A DNA stretch of 63,720 bases, counting the filler, from Thraustochytrium aureum (Eukaryota): the NCBI GenBank assembly GCA_012862495.1. It is 4 parts of 3 records of this genome, joined end to end, with 100 filler letters (N's around TTAATTAATTAA, not from the genome) between each part and the next. Parts side by side here need not be neighbours in the genome. Positions count along the whole stretch, not along the records: positions 1 to 27,824 come from BLSG01000402.1; positions 27,925 to 59,847 come from BLSG01000403.1; 2 more parts are not named here. One strand, written 5' to 3'. The notes below the pieces were generated by a model. The model did not search any database. It was not told the origin of the DNA and saw nothing but the letters and a program-made list of their open reading frames with translations. Position 1 is the stretch's first letter. Every line of letters starts with the position of its first letter. Positions 19,578 through 30,254 of this stretch are shown piece after piece. The position numbers and the translations under genes are program-made.

Positions 19578-21695
19578 ATGCTGTTTGAAGACGTGTACAG
19601 CGGCCCGCCGCACGCGTCTCGGCCCGGGGAGCGCGCGGGAACTGGCGATCGCTGGACGGAAAGACGCGGGCCTCAAGCGCCGCTTCATCCTGCACTTGCG
19701 TGGCTGGATGACGACGACCAGCGCGGCGAGCTACACAACGAGTCCGACGTGGAACACTTGCCTGCGCCAGTGCAGCAAGAAAACGTGCGTCTGAATGGCC
19801 ACCTCGACCGCGCGCAGGCCGGGCGCACGCAGGGCCTTCAGGGCCCCAGAGGCGTGGGGCTCGGCGACCTCGCTGAGATGCGCGAAGGGCTCGGCATGTG
19901 GAAAAACATCTCGTGGGTCGTGCGGCAAACCTGCACAGAGCTCGTCAACACTGTTGGCAGGCAGGCAAACGAAATCGCACAGCTCAAAGCCGCAGTCCGC
20001 GAGCTCCATACTCGCGTGGACACTGCCGTGGACCAGGAGACGCTCAAGCTGTCAAACCAGCGGCTAAGGGCAGACCTTGAGGAGCGGTCATCGACGCAAG
20101 CCAAGGCCGTTTCGCGCATTCAGCAGGAGCTAGCCCTGAAGGCGGACGCCACGTTTGTAACCAATTGCCTGCTCACGAAAGCGAACAAGTCCGATCTGGC
20201 AGGCGCGGTCGCTCGCTTAGAGCAGTCCGGAACGCGCTCGCAAGCCGGCCACGTGGCTGCTCTCGAGGGCAGATGGGACAGTCTCGAGTCTGCCCAGGAG
20301 GCGCACCGTGCCAACCTCGAGGCTCAGCTGGCGACACTGCAGGGGCAGCTCTCCAGCCTTCAACTCGACGTGCGGGGGCGAGTCGAGGCGCTCGAGCTGG
20401 CCGTTCGCGGCGCTCGCGAGACGCAGCGCGCCGACGTCTCCGAAGCAGTCAAATCGCTGGCTGTGGCCGAGCTCTCGAAGGCGGTCGAGGCGCGCTCTAA
20501 AGAGGTTGCCATAGGCCCGCGGGAGCTGAACGAGCTCGTGCGCCAGGTCGAGAAGCTCGCAGCTGTCCAGTCGAGCGCTCAGGCGCTCATGCTCGCGCTG
20601 GAGGAGAAGGCCGGCCGCGCCGCCACGCTGGACGATCTTGCTAAACTCGCCACCGACAAGGCCAACAAGGCGTCGGTGGCCCAGGCAATCCACCGAAAGG
20701 CGAACAAGACGGACGTATCGGAAACCTTCGACAACCTCGAGCTGCGCCTCTCCCAGCTCGAGCGCGCCGTGCGACCGCGGACGAGTGGTGTGACTGGGAG
20801 GCTCCGAAACGAAGAAGCTTCGAGCACTGGCTCGCGCAGGTCGGCGCGGCGCCGTCAAGCGAGGTCGCCCTCGCGCTCGCCATCGCCTACCAGACGCACT
20901 GGGCCCACGGGGGGCGGCAAGAAGAACGCAAAGGAGATCGAGCGGCTTTGGGGCGTCGTGCGCGAAGTGCAAGCCACCGTGCGCGAGCAGCATCCAAGCA
21001 ATGACCAGGTTGGCGTGGCTCTTGACAAGCTGCACGACAAGCTCGCCAAAGACCTCGACGCGTTACGCCTCGAGCTTGAACGTACCAAGCAGAAGGTCGC
21101 GTCTGCTGCCGCTGCGGGAGGCGCAGCGGAGTTGGGTGGCCCGCACGCCGGTCCGATTGGCAGCCGCGCATCTGACGCTGTCGATGGCCAGCTTCGCGCG
21201 GTGGCCGACCAGTGCACTGTTGCGAATCGCCGCCTCGACGTCTTCGACGCCTCCTTGTCCCAGCTCAGTACGCGGGTGGCCACGCTTGAGGACGGCCTTG
21301 CAGCCGAGGCTAGTGCGAGATCTGCGCTCGCCTCTCGCGTTGCGGCCAATGCTGAGCGGGCGGTTTCCCTCAAGGAGCAAGCCTTGGCGGCTGCTGCGAC
21401 TGCAGAACACCTGCTGAACAGGGCTGCAGAGGAGGAAGAGGAGGAGAACGAGGTAGAAGCTCCCCGCTGCGCAAATAGCGACGTGGACCGCGGGAGCGAT
21501 GCCTGGCAAAGCGGCAGGGCTCTGAGCAGCGGCCCCGCCGCCCGCGTGCGGCGCACGAAACGAGCTGTAGCAGCAGTGGCAGCGAAGCGCCGTGCCGCCG
21601 CGCGTCCCGTGCACGCTTGCACAACGAGCGAGGAGAAGCGCAAGGTGGTCAAGAGGGCGTTAGAGCGTCGCGTGTCGAAACTGAGCAAAGGCTGA
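19578..21695 (+). CDS. Long coiled-coil protein with KAD/KAN repeats
   Basis: ATG at 19578. Heptad-rich, with KANKASVAQAIHRKANKTDV and KADATFVTNCLLTKANKSDL. Confidence 0.75.
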   Translation: MLFEDVYSGPPHASRPGERAGTGDRWTERRGPQAPLHPALAWLDDDDQRGELHNESDVEHLPAPVQQENVRLNGHLDRAQAGRTQGLQGPRGVGLGDLAEMREGLGMWKNISWVVRQTCTELVNTVGRQANEIAQLKAAVRELHTRVDTAVDQETLKLSNQRLRADLEERSSTQAKAVSRIQQELALKADATFVTNCLLTKANKSDLAGAVARLEQSGTRSQAGHVAALEGRWDSLESAQEAHRANLEAQLATLQGQLSSLQLDVRGRVEALELAVRGARETQRADVSEAVKSLAVAELSKAVEARSKEVAIGPRELNELVRQVEKLAAVQSSAQALMLALEEKAGRAATLDDLAKLATDKANKASVAQAIHRKANKTDVSETFDNLELRLSQLERAVRPRTSGVTGRLRNEEASSTGSRRSARRRQARSPSRSPSPTRRTGPTGGGKKNAKEIERLWGVVREVQATVREQHPSNDQVGVALDKLHDKLAKDLDALRLELERTKQKVASAAAAGGAAELGGPHAGPIGSRASDAVDGQLRAVADQCTVANRRLDVFDASLSQLSTRVATLEDGLAAEASARSALASRVAANAERAVSLKEQALAAAATAEHLLNRAAEEEEEENEVEAPRCANSDVDRGSDAWQSGRALSSGPAARVRRTKRAVAAVAAKRRAAARPVHACTTSEEKRKVVKRALERRVSKLSKG

Positions 21696-21849
21696 GGCGC
21701 TTTGCGCCGGGGTGAGCAACGCAAGCCGACTTCAGATGTAGCTTTAGAACTCGTTGTGCGTGATCGTTGGCACCGAACCAGCCAAATCCTGGCCCTAAGT
21801 GCGCTGTCTCTCTGGTCCGTAGAGCTCTNNNNNNACTAGAGAGAGAGAG

Positions 21850-22692
21850 TTACAGCGCGCACTTTGCACGAAAGCAAACCTGCCCGCCCGACGCTGCGAT
21901 CTCGAGGCACCCAAGGCCGCGCCACTCTTGCAGAGCGGCGTCGTAGCGCTTCCCAGCAAAAAGGGGGACGTGGTAGTCAAGCGCAAAAGCCTTGGCGACG
22001 CCGGATTGGCGCCCTGCTTCGAGCGTGAGGTCGTGCAGATAAAGCGCAAATGTGCAGTTATTGACGTGGCCGAGCGCGTCCATGTCCGAAGGGCGGGGCT
22101 GAAGAGTTGTCTGGAATGGCTCCGCCTTGCTCGCGCCACTCGCGTCGCCGGGGCTGTTTGGGAACTCGCGAGAATGCAAGGCCGGGCTGCCTTTGGCGAG
22201 GCTCTCCCAAAGCTCGCTTGGTCCGCTCAGGGCAGGCAAGTCGGCCTGGCCGCCCTGGAACTCGAGAGGGCGCGGCGTGCCGTCCTCGTTGATGAGAACG
22301 ATTGTGGACTGGCACATGGCCAGCGTTCGCTGCGGCCCATGCCGCACCAACTGCTCTGTTACAACGCTGGTTGTTCCAATGCGAATGACGCGCGTCTCGA
22401 TCACCAGTGCAGACCTAAACTCGTTTGCTTTGTGGTACGTGTATGGCTCCAAGAGGTGAACAACGTGGTTGCGCACGACCCAGAGGTTGCCCACGCTCGA
22501 CCCAAACGCCAGCGGGTTTGCAGGGTGAGAAAAGAACGAATCCTTGGCGTTATCCAGGCGCGCTAGCAATGCTTCCGCGTACGCCGCCGCTGTGCCAGTC
22601 TGGCGCCAGTCCGTCGCCCAGTGCGAAACTAGTCTGCAGCCGGGCACGTCAAACTCGTCAGCCGATTGTCGCGGCGGCGGGTCGTCCGCCAT
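21850..22692 (-). CDS. Double hot-dog thioesterase (acyl-ACP/4HBT-like)
   Basis: RPSDMDALGHVNN motif. The N-terminal half also looks hot-dog-like (IETRVIRIGTTSV...CQSTIVLIN). Confidence 0.8.
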   Translation of the reverse strand: MADDPPPRQSADEFDVPGCRLVSHWATDWRQTGTAAAYAEALLARLDNAKDSFFSHPANPLAFGSSVGNLWVVRNHVVHLLEPYTYHKANEFRSALVIETRVIRIGTTSVVTEQLVRHGPQRTLAMCQSTIVLINEDGTPRPLEFQGGQADLPALSGPSELWESLAKGSPALHSREFPNSPGDASGASKAEPFQTTLQPRPSDMDALGHVNNCTFALYLHDLTLEAGRQSGVAKAFALDYHVPLFAGKRYDAALQEWRGLGCLEIAASGGQVCFRAKCAL

Positions 22693-23101
22693 CGCTGCCC
22701 AGACCCGTCTCAACACACGAGGTCGCCACGCCCGCCAACGCGGCAGCAGCAGCAGCAGCAGCGTCCTGAAGTATGCTCTCTCGGAGTGGGGCCGCGTCAA
22801 GAGGCCGCTTCTGCGCCGCAGTGCTTCGCGACAGGGTTTGATTGAGCCTGGCAAAGGCTCTCGGTAGGTCGGAAGGAACGGGACCCTTGCGATGGCGTTG
22901 AGTACTCCACTACACTAACGCCAGACCCTTGCTCGCAGTGGCGGCGAGGACCTTGGAGCGAGCAAACTGAGAAGGGCAGCAGCAGCCCGCGGCACGCGCA
23001 AGCTTTCGGAGGTTTGTGGCGCTAGCTACTAGGGCCGGGCAGCGCTCTTGCACGTCACGAGCTAGCTCTAGCTAGAGGCAACTGCTTTTGATCGACCAGG
23101 G

Positions 23102-24445
23102 TCAGCTGGACGCCTCCACGGGTGCCGGCCGCAGGGCGAGGATGAGCGCGATCAACAGAAGAAGTCCCGAAAGGTAGCGCAGGATGTCAACTGGCGAGTA
23201 TGCTCGTCGCGCCAGCGCGGCGGGCTCGGCCTTGCCCTCCAGCTCACTGGCCGTCTGGCTCGCAGGAGGAGAGTCCGGCGCCGGCCGCCCCAGCTCGTCC
23301 CCTGGCGCAAGTGTAGCGCCGGCGCCGAGGTTGCGCACCAGGGGGTCCTGCAGCGCGGTTGCCAGGTCCTTGCTCTTGACGAGCTTTGCGAGGTTGACCA
23401 AATTGCCCGAGAGCATGCTGGCAGACATGTCGTTGATCTTGCCCATGACGCTTGACGGGACGCCTGAAACGCGAGGGTCCAGGTCGTTCGCGAACATGAC
23501 GAAGGTCTTGGTCGGCTGGCCCGGGACCGGGCGGATCAGCGTGCCGCCAAACTGCTGAAAAGCGCGCACGCGACCCAAGGTGTCCATTGGCGGCACGCCT
23601 GGGTATTCTTTGAGGCCAAGGTCGGCATGCACAACCGAGCCGTCCGCATACGCCCTCCAAGTCCGCACAAAGATGACGTCGCGTGGAGGAAGCCACATGA
23701 TCGACTTCATCACGCAGTGGGTAACCTCCGTTTGCGGCCCGAGTCTCGCGACTGTGACGACCGTGTCGAGATCAGGCTCGAGCTTTTTGAAGTCTTCCTC
23801 GCTGTAGAAAAGAGAATCCTGCAGCATGCTCACGCACGAGTTGGCCACAATCCCACAAGCCATCCGTTTTTTCCCACCCACGTGCGAGTGCCACGAGAAG
23901 GGCCCAGAGGTTCCGAGTTGCCGCCAGCCAAGGGCCTCCATGGATCCGGTGTCCAGAGCCGCCGCGAGTTCGAGAGTCTCAGCCATGGTAAGGTCCAAGC
24001 GCTCGCGGTACAGTTCTGGAAGAGGTGGCGCTTCCAAGAAGGCAGACGATGCGGCACCTGGAGCGCCCAGCACAGGGCGCTCAACAAGGTCGCCAATTCC
24101 GAGAAAGGCGATCAGCTGCGGCGGCGCGTTCGAGAGCCGTCCGTTGACCGCGAGCTGGTCGACGAGGGCCTGCACCATCCTCTCAAGGCGCGGCTGGCGC
24201 TCCTCCGGTGTGGTTCGAAACCACTTGCTCGGCAGCTTGGCATCGCCGGTCTCATCGCCGCTATTGCGCAGCGCCTCTAGGAGGGCCTCAAACTCGGAGA
24301 ACCTCCTCCACGCGTACCCAGAGCGCTCTTTGAGCTCTGCCGCGTCTGTGCGCAGCCTGTACTCGACAAAGCTGTGTCCGCGTTGGATCGTGCTTCGAAA
24401 CCGCGTCACGGCAACTGACGGCGCGGTGCCTTTGGGCGGCGCCAT
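23102..24445 (-). CDS. PX + START domain protein with a C-terminal transmembrane anchor
   Basis: PX: FVEYRL...WRRFSEFEAL...LPSKW...ERQPRLE. START: PRDVIFVRTW...GRVRA...LIRP...DLDPR. The tail is hydrophobic. Confidence 0.85.
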   Translation of the reverse strand: MAPPKGTAPSVAVTRFRSTIQRGHSFVEYRLRTDAAELKERSGYAWRRFSEFEALLEALRNSGDETGDAKLPSKWFRTTPEERQPRLERMVQALVDQLAVNGRLSNAPPQLIAFLGIGDLVERPVLGAPGAASSAFLEAPPLPELYRERLDLTMAETLELAAALDTGSMEALGWRQLGTSGPFSWHSHVGGKKRMACGIVANSCVSMLQDSLFYSEEDFKKLEPDLDTVVTVARLGPQTEVTHCVMKSIMWLPPRDVIFVRTWRAYADGSVVHADLGLKEYPGVPPMDTLGRVRAFQQFGGTLIRPVPGQPTKTFVMFANDLDPRVSGVPSSVMGKINDMSASMLSGNLVNLAKLVKSKDLATALQDPLVRNLGAGATLAPGDELGRPAPDSPPASQTASELEGKAEPAALARRAYSPVDILRYLSGLLLLIALILALRPAPVEASS

Positions 24446-24563
24446 GCTGCTCGAGGTGCGGCGAGCAGCACGTAGAGCCAAGCTGGTGCTGCGCGAGGCG
24501 AAACGCCCCCAGGAGGGCGGGCCCTTGGGAAGTACGAGACCTCCCGCACGACTTTTACCCCTG

Positions 24564-24623
24564 TGCAAGAGCCCGGACACGCCTGCAAGAGCCGGGACAC
24601 GCCTGTGAGAGCCCAGACACGCC
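24564..24623. repeat. 20-bp tandem repeat x3
   Basis: TGCAAGAGCCCGGACACGCC and two variants. Confidence 0.85.
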
Positions 24624-25754
24624 TGCGCGCCCGCCGTCGCCAGCTCCCGGACCCTTGCCGCCGTACGGGCTGCTCCCTCGCCCCCGCGGCCAGGCGACGA
24701 GCGAGGGGGATGGCGGACTGCCTCTTTGTAGCTGCCAAGCTGAAAGCGTCAAAGCGCAACGAACGAACGCAGAGTGCACCAGGGCGCGCAAGCCGTGCCG
24801 CTCTGCTCGATAGCACCGCCAGGGCACGCAGCGACGCTCTGCGAAGCTGGACTTGGCGCCGTGCTGCCAGGTGTCGCACCGTGATCCGCGCCCACCCCCA
24901 CTTGGCTCGTTGCTTGCTTGGTCGTTCCAGCCGCTGTCGGACTTGCGCGTACCAACCTACGCCCCTGGAGGCTTCGACCGAGCCGAGCCGCCGGGCAGCT
25001 CAGGGGCACGGCGAGCTACGCGCTGCAAGTGAGCCGGCTTCGCTGTCGCTGCGCGCGGCGCGACGACGACGACGACGACGACGACGACGGAGCTGCCGAG
25101 CCTTGCGTCGCGCTGGCGGCCGGCGCATCGCTGGCAGGCAGCTTCCGTCCTCGTTTCCGCATCCGAGGCGCCGCGCCCGCAGACAGAGCGGCAGCGGAGC
25201 GCATGCTCGGGCGGGCTGGCAACGCTGGAAAGGATGAATTCCTCTTGTTGTTATTTCGTATCTTCGTCACGGTCCTGCGGCACCGTGTGTGGAACTCGGC
25301 TAGTTCGGCGACGAGCACGGGCTCAGTGGCCCAGCACAAGACCGAATGTCTTGCTGCGCGCTGCAACGCTTTCGTCGGACGCTTCATGTCGCAGCGCCTT
25401 GGGGAGCGCGTTGTCGAGCGCTCTTCACGAGTGCCTCCTCCCGCCAACGCGCTCTTCCGCAAGCAAGCTGCCCGACGGCCAAGCGGTCGTCAAGTCGTAC
25501 CGCTTGTACGCCCAGTCGCGCGACTGTCCCGGACAGCCAGTCGGTGCAGCGCAGGTCGAGATGCCTGAATCCATCGCAGAACCGCGCGAGGAGAACTGTT
25601 GCAGGTGGGGGGTGCTCTGCCCGTCTGGCCGCTCGCCAGGGGCTTGGAGTGGGCGGTCGGCGATTCATGCGCAGGTGGAATGCCAAACCGGGCGCCTGGG
25701 TTTTTTATCCGTTAATTCTGCAGAAACTTGCTCTTTCCTGTCCAAGCAAGTCCA

Positions 25755-25913
25755 ATTCCAGTTTTTCCTCGCTGATGTCCATGACTGACGAGGCCTCCTC
25801 GTCCGTCGACCAGCAGCCCCTGCGGCGGGCGAGCGCGATTCCAGTTTTTCCTCGCTGATGCCCATGACTGGCAAGGCCTCCTCGTCCGTCGACCAGCAGC
25901 CCCTGCGGCGGGC
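25755..25913. repeat. Direct duplication of about 76 bp (83-bp period)
   Basis: ATTCCAGTTTTTCCTCGCTGATG...CCCCTGCGGCGGGC occurs at 25755 and 25838 with about 3 mismatches. Confidence 0.9.
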
Positions 25914-26836
25914 CGCCGCCAACCTGGCTCGTGCTGTCTTCAGCGCCGTCGTGGTTTTGAATTGCTTGGTCGTTGCTGCCGTGCGGACGAACGATCAGCT
26001 CCCTCGATCGATGGTCTCTGTAGGGTCCAAGCCTCAGCGCGCTCGGAAAGCAGTGGGACACTTCAGCGCTTCCGTTGACGTGGGAGCGTGCTCGAGAGCA
26101 TGCGTGGCGCCGACATTTTCGCGCAGCGGGAGCGTGCAGTTCTGGCGACGCTTCGTGCGGCAAACGAACCTTGCTCTTGGTGAATGGCGGCAACAGCGCC
26201 AGCGCTTAAAACGTCGCTGGAAGTGGCCATCGAGCGAGTCCAGACTGGTGGGTAAGTAGGTAGTTCAGTTGAATGCGAATTGGATTTTTTGAGAATCAAT
26301 CGGAAGCAGAGCAGAGGACGGCGCTCGCAGCAAGGAGGGTCCGACGCGCTGACAACGCGGGGACGGCTCTCGCTGGGACGGACGCTCTTGCTAGGACGCG
26401 CTCGTCTCCTGGCCCGCCATTCTCATGACGTAGTTTATGCTCACCACGCCACGTCGTCCTTTTGCACGGGATTTGGCAAAACGCTGTGTCAGTGAGCGAG
26501 CACGGACCCGCGTCCCAATCGCCGAGACCACCGCGGTCTCGAGAATCAAACGCCGCTGCTGACTGGGTTGCAGCGAGACACCAAAACCCCAAAGGCAACC
26601 GAACGAGTCGATTTGAAATCAATCGCACAAGAGCAGGCAGAACTCGAACCGACCTGCGCAGCGAACACGAAGGCGGAGCAAGTCAACCCACGACTCCCAA
26701 AATAGACAACCAGCGTGGCGCGGGGACGCCCCCACAGGCGCCATCCCGCAAAAGCGAGGCTCGCCTAGAGGGCCACGGCAGCCTCAACATCTACGACCAG
26801 GAACAAGGGGCGGCCTCGCCCACCAGGGCTCCGTGG

Positions 26837-27824
26837 ATGGTTGCGAGTGCGATGCGGCGTTCAAGCGCCCCACCTAGCCAGCTCTCGCCGCAGGGTCACG
26901 GCCATTTCGAAGAAGAATCCAATTCGCTAGACCCGCTCTTCGAATGGGCCATCGAAGGGATCGCCGAGCCAAGCGCGCAGTGCAGCCAGACGCCTCCCTT
27001 CATCAGCGACCCATGCCAGTTCCAGCAGCACTTTCGCGACTCAAACGAGGGAGCGGAACACGACGCATGGCGCCCACCACTCCATCCGGGATTCGCGCGT
27101 GACGCGGCGTCAAGCTCGCATTCAACCTCCAGCCAACGCGAGCATTTCGGCTCTGCGTGGGGGCAGGCTGGCGCCCAGCCCGGGCAAGTCCTCCGAACGA
27201 GCCCCACAACGGTGCAGCCCGACCTTTCGAAAAGCTCGCATGCTGCAGCGCCTCTCCACGTCTTTGCGGAGCTCGGGGCTGGCCATGGCAGCCTGGCCGT
27301 CAAGCGCGAGAGAGTCGACTCGCCGGCCTCCTCGATCGGTTCGGCAGGCGCAGAGTCGGGTAGCAAGCGGCACAGCGACGAGATGAGCGAGACGTCCCAC
27401 TGCATGCGGCGGCACAGCTCGGACGATCGAAGCGAAACCACGCGTCGCCAGGTCCGGGCACGGATGGACCCGACGCTGCTTGATGCGCAGACTATCCTCC
27501 AGAACGCCAACGACAGCGCCATGGCAGTGATCATTCCAGATCACGACGCGCACAAGTCGCGAAACCGCACCAACTACACAAGGATGACGGCTGACGAAGC
27601 CAAAGTGGCGCGTCAGCGCTCGAAGGAGAGGCGCGCGCTTATCAAGTCGCGCAGAGAGAAGGTGCGCCGCGCTGTAATCAACGAGCTTTTCGAGAACCTT
27701 CAGGCCGAGTTTGGGATGCAGGACGCAAGCGTAGACCAGGCCAAAGTGCTGAGCAATTGTCTGGCTGTGATTCGGGGCGTCAAGCGCCACAATCCAGAGC
27801 TGCACGAGCGACTAGGCACCTTCA
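26837..27824 (+). CDS. bHLH transcription factor, 3'-partial
   Basis: SRREKVRRAVINELFENLQ...VDQAKVLSNCLAVIR follows a Ser/Pro-rich disordered region. The ORF runs into the scaffold end. Confidence 0.8.
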
Positions 27825-27868
27825 NNNNNNNNNNNNNNNNNNNNNNNNNNNNNNNNNNNNNNNNNNNN

Positions 27869-27880
27869 TTAATTAATTAA
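27869..27880. other. Artificial scaffold linker
   Basis: TTAATTAATTAA (stops in all six frames) flanked by Ns. Confidence 0.97.
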
Positions 27881-27924
27881 NNNNNNNNNNNNNNNNNNNN
27901 NNNNNNNNNNNNNNNNNNNNNNNN

Positions 27925-29026
27925 GTTCAGCTGGAGACACTGCAGTGCAAATCATCTCCCGAGACAAACAGGGCGTCCGCTTTCGCACGGCTGCGATGGA
28001 GCGGCTCTTGGCCTCTCACGTGCGGGTGGACGAGGCGTACCGTTTGGCGGAAGCCTCGGTCGCAGGTGAGGCTCTCGAACTTGCGCGCCCCCTGTCGGCC
28101 CCGCTCGCGCGCCTGGCAGCACTGCTTGCCAAGCTGGACGTCCTGGTTGCGTTCGCCGAGGCAGCGTTTCAGTACGACTATTGCCGGCCGACGATGGCTG
28201 CCCTGGGCCAGGGCGAACTGCGAGTCAACGGCGGCCGGCACCCCCTCGTCGAGCACGCGGTGGGTGCGGCCAATTTTATCGACAACGACCTCGTCTCGCG
28301 GGCCAACGGGTCGGGCCCCGCCGTCTCGGTCATCTCGGGGCCCAACATGGGCGGCAAGTCCACCTACATCCGTCAGAACGCGCTGGTCGTGGTTATGGCC
28401 CAGATGGGCTGCTTTGTCGCTGCGACTAGCGCTACCGTTCCGCTGTGCGACTGCGTACTCGCTCGAGTTGGCGCTGCAGAGGACGCTGCATCGGGCTCGT
28501 CGACCTTCATGGTCGAGATGCGCGATATGGCGGGTATCCTTGCCAAGGCGACTCCCGCGAGCCTCGTCATCGTGGACGAGATTGGGCGCGGGACTTGTGT
28601 GAGCGACGGGCTCGGTCTAGCCTGGGCGATTACAAAGCACCTTGCCTGCAACGTGGGCTGCCACGTATTGCTGGCGACACATTTCCATGAGCTCGCCGAC
28701 TTGGCGAGCATTGAGGGACGCGCAGGCTCGCCGCTCGTGCAAGCCCTTCACGTGCAAGCTCAGGCGGAAGACGGCGCCGACGTCGTCATGCTTTACCGCG
28801 TCGCGCACGGGCCGTGCAGCAAGAGCTACGGCGTCGCCGTCGCAAAATGGCTGGGTTCCCTGCCCAGGTGCTGGAGGACGCCCAGAGGGAGCTGGAGGAG
28901 CTGGAGACCGCGCAGCGCGAGCACTCGAGCGGCGGCGTCCTTGGAGAGTTAGATGCTGCAACTCAGGCGGCGCACGTGCTCCAAGGCACACCCGAGGAGC
29001 CACCGCTTCGCACGGGTGTCTCATGA
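27925..29026 (+). CDS. MSH2: MutS homolog 2, 5'-partial, probable frameshift at about 28844-28847
   Basis: KQGVRFRT, GRHPLVE, GPNMGGKSTYIRQ, STFMVEM, DEIGRGT..DGLGLAWAI, ATHFHEL. One extra A restores SYGVAVAKMAGFPAQV. Confidence 0.85.
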
Positions 29027-29436
29027 TGAAGATGACCCATCCATCCATCCGTCCATCCATCATCTATCCATGTTCAATCAAGATGGCCTGGAAAACCCCA
29101 TGAGGTTGTTATACTACGCGAGTACTCTATACCGCTAAATGAGGCGGAAGGCGCAAGCACCAAAAGCCGAACAAAATGGCACTACCGTACTCCAAACGGG
29201 CCGCCTCGCTGCGCCCCTGTGGCTGCTGCAGCACCTCGATCTTGTTTCTTGATCTTGAAGAAATGAATCAACGTTGATGAGAGAAACGTGTTTTTTGTGT
29301 GTGTGTAGGTAGGCATGGTTGTTGATGGCGTCCGTCCGAGGGTTTGCGTCGATAGCAAACGCGCCGCCCATCGGAGCTCATCACAAGCCCAGGGCGATGG
29401 CCGCGCCCCTTTGCGCACCGCCCAGGGCTTGGTGGA

Positions 29437-29993
29437 TCATTCCGTCGTCTTGAGGCCAGCAGCGCCTTCCGAGGCGGAGTTCCGAAAGGTCGACCAGAAG
29501 ACCAAAAGCAGGGCAAGGAGGAAGAAGATCGACATTAGCCCGGTAGAGCTCGAGCTCCCGGCGTCTTTACCGATGTCGACCAGCTCGACCTCAAACTCGA
29601 GCGTCGCGTTGCCGGGAATCACGCCGCCGGCGCCAGCAGAGCCGTACGCGTAGTTGGGCTTGCAGGTCAGGATGGCCTTTTCGCCCTTTTTCATAGACGC
29701 GATGCCCACGTCCCAGCCCCGGATCACTTGCTGCGCGCCCACCTGAAACGTCAGGGGGCGCCCACGCTTCACGCTGGAGTCAAACTCCCGGCCGTCCAGG
29801 AACCGGCCGGTGTAGTGAACGCTCACGCTCTTCATGCTGCCGCAAACCTCGCCCTCGCCCTCCTTGACCACCTTCTTGGTGAGCTCGCCTTTGCCGCCGG
29901 ACAAGTCGACCACCACGAGCTCGCTCGCCGCTTTACCATCCCCCTTGCGCTGCCGCAGCTCGCCCTCGGGGCGATCTCCTCGATCTCCACCAT
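29437..29993 (-). CDS. FKBP-type PPIase with C-terminal transmembrane helix, probable frameshift at about 29970
   Basis: VHYTGRFLDGREFDSS...VIRGWDVGIASMKKGEKA...IPGNATLEFEVEL. The start MVEIEEIA joins the domain if one C is added. Confidence 0.9.
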
Positions 29994-29996
29994 CGC

Positions 29997-30017
29997 GCCT
30001 GCCTGCCTGCCCTCTTG

Positions 30018-30100
<83 letters not shown>
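29997..30100. repeat. (GCCT)n microsatellite between the divergent FKBP and MFS genes
   Basis: About 25 tetranucleotide units with one interruption. Confidence 0.95.
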
Positions 30101-30101
<1 letters not shown>

Positions 30102-30254
30102 GACGCGCGCAGTCCTGCCTTTCTTCCTCGACTCGGATGAGCTGCTGAGGAGGGAGGGAGGAGGGACGGAGGCAGGATCCTGCCCGCGGCAGGCAAGCAC
30201 GTTTGGGGCAGAGTACCCACTCGAGCACCTGGAGCACGTGTCGTGTCGCGCGGG

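Noticed and set aside
27825..27924. TTAATTAATTAA as a biological palindrome or piggyBac TTAA site (also at 59892 and 62268)
   Set aside because: It is an identical 12-mer centred in equal N runs, so an assembly linker. Gene adjacency across these points is meaningless.
9793..29026. Cluster of two MutS genes
   Set aside because: MSH4 and MSH2 lie on different scaffolds separated by a linker.
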